Shown here one piece after another: positions 12,609 to 13,835 of a stretch of 13,835 nucleotides of DNA. Below the pieces are notes generated by a model. That model did no database searches. It was not told the origin of the DNA and saw only the letters and a list, made by a program, of their open reading frames with translations. The stretch is taken from assembly GCA_030141605.1 (NCBI GenBank), contig JAQGDQ010002132.1, forward strand, positions 1 through 13,835, read 5' to 3'. Position numbers and translations under genes: made by a program. This DNA comes from Tubiluchus corallicola (lineage: Eukaryota > Animalia > Priapulida). The first letter of the stretch is position 1; every line of letters begins with the position of its first letter.

Positions 12609-13516
12609 CTGTTGCACAAATGCTGCCACCACGAAAACCAGCAACAGGTTTACATTTAAGTAATAGAGAGGTTATCACTAATTTATCGCGATATTGGAGC
12701 ATGGAAGAAATTATTTGATATTTTGTTATACATACAAGATGTCGCAGAACTCACTATGTACGTTTTTATCAAACAAAGCAAAATATTTAAAAGTAGGTAG
12801 GAATGAACTTTGGAATGAATTTATCCAAATTTCTGATAAAAATCCGAAAATAACTACTGTACTGGTATGCTTCGCTATTTCCGCTATTTCAATGCATTTC
12901 AGCTGATGATTAACACATGCATTTCCGACATCACCAAGCATCTCGGGTTAGGCCTAAATTTTTCAAAACAACCTCTAATCGTTATTTCGAGTTAATGCCG
13001 GTGTCTTAGTCCATCTGCATAGATTTTGCCTGATATAGTCTTGAAAAAAAATTAAGGATGTCAAATCTGTCAAGTTGCAGATGATGATTTGAACTTCAGT
13101 TTCGAAAGATTGAAGGATCGAAGGATCTGCTCTTCAGTTTTATGACTAAACTTTACTGCAGTCATCATAGTGAAAAAACAAAAAAAAATTGTCAACTATC
13201 ATTTTAGATTCATGTAAGAAGATCGAAGAAAATTAAAATTTAAAGTGCACATTGATTTTTGAACACCTACATAATGCGGTTTTATTTTCCTAACAAGTTA
13301 CACTGGACGCATTCCGGTGATGGGCTGAATCCTGTAGCAAATAAACAGGCGAGCTATTGAAGCCAGTTAAATTAGTACACCCCTTAAGGCACGAAGTCTC
13401 TTGGCCTAAAATTAAATTAGATATCTAACTAAGTGTGAATTTTGTTCAAATTTGTAGTGATATAATTCATGACATATTTCTATTGCGGCTAGCCATTGGC
13501 TACTTTGATGACCTAC

Positions 13517-13675
13517 CTCCAATTATGAGGAGAAGTGCTATGTTGATCCCAAAACATGTGAATGCTGTTCTCTTTCCTTTGATGGTGATAAATATGTAAC
13601 ATGGCAAGATACATGTAGCCACAAGTATACACACAAACGTCACCACGAATAAAATTTGACTGTGGACATACCAAT
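13517..13675 (-). CDS. Penultimate coding exon (159 nt, phase 1-1) of the claudin/PMP22-like gene (TM2 and start of TM3); upstream exons lie outside the window
   Basis: Acceptor GTTTTTTTGCAG|AT and donor GGAG|GTAGGT. Encodes (D)WYVHSQILFVVTFVCILVATCILPCYIF...FGINIALLLIIG, with the W...Q signature before TM2. Joins in frame (G+CC=Ala) to the exon at 11198. Confidence 0.8.
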
Positions 13676-13835
13676 CTGCAAAAAAACGCACAGTAGTGAT
13701 TCGACTAAAATAAAAGACGTCACGAACACTCTGCAAAGATTTGTGGTACGTGATTTGTTTAGAGCATGGTATCATCTAATGAATCTCTATTAAACAAACG
13801 GCTTGTCTGGCTTTAGTCTGACATTGACCACTGGC

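Overview
AT-rich eukaryotic (probably invertebrate metazoan) genomic DNA with GT-AG introns and large microsatellites. The core is a head-to-head pair of Golgi glycosyltransferase genes whose start codons are only 428 bp apart. One is a GT31 beta-1,3-galactosyltransferase-like gene on the minus strand (2223-3284). The other is a GT11 alpha-1,2-fucosyltransferase on the plus strand, which I reconstruct as two exons (3712-3745 + 5160-6136, 336 aa); the ORF track misses its first exon. These families catalyse consecutive steps of Fuc-a1,2-Gal-b1,3-R (H type 1/3-like) synthesis. Further right are a 20-bp minisatellite (~41 copies), a 5'-truncated LINE fragment with a candidate TSD, a 602-bp hAT-like MITE, and the last two coding exons of a minus-strand claudin/PMP22-like tetraspan gene whose last intron holds a ~1.2-kb (ACT)n tract. 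All calls come from reading motifs by eye; no database searches were run.
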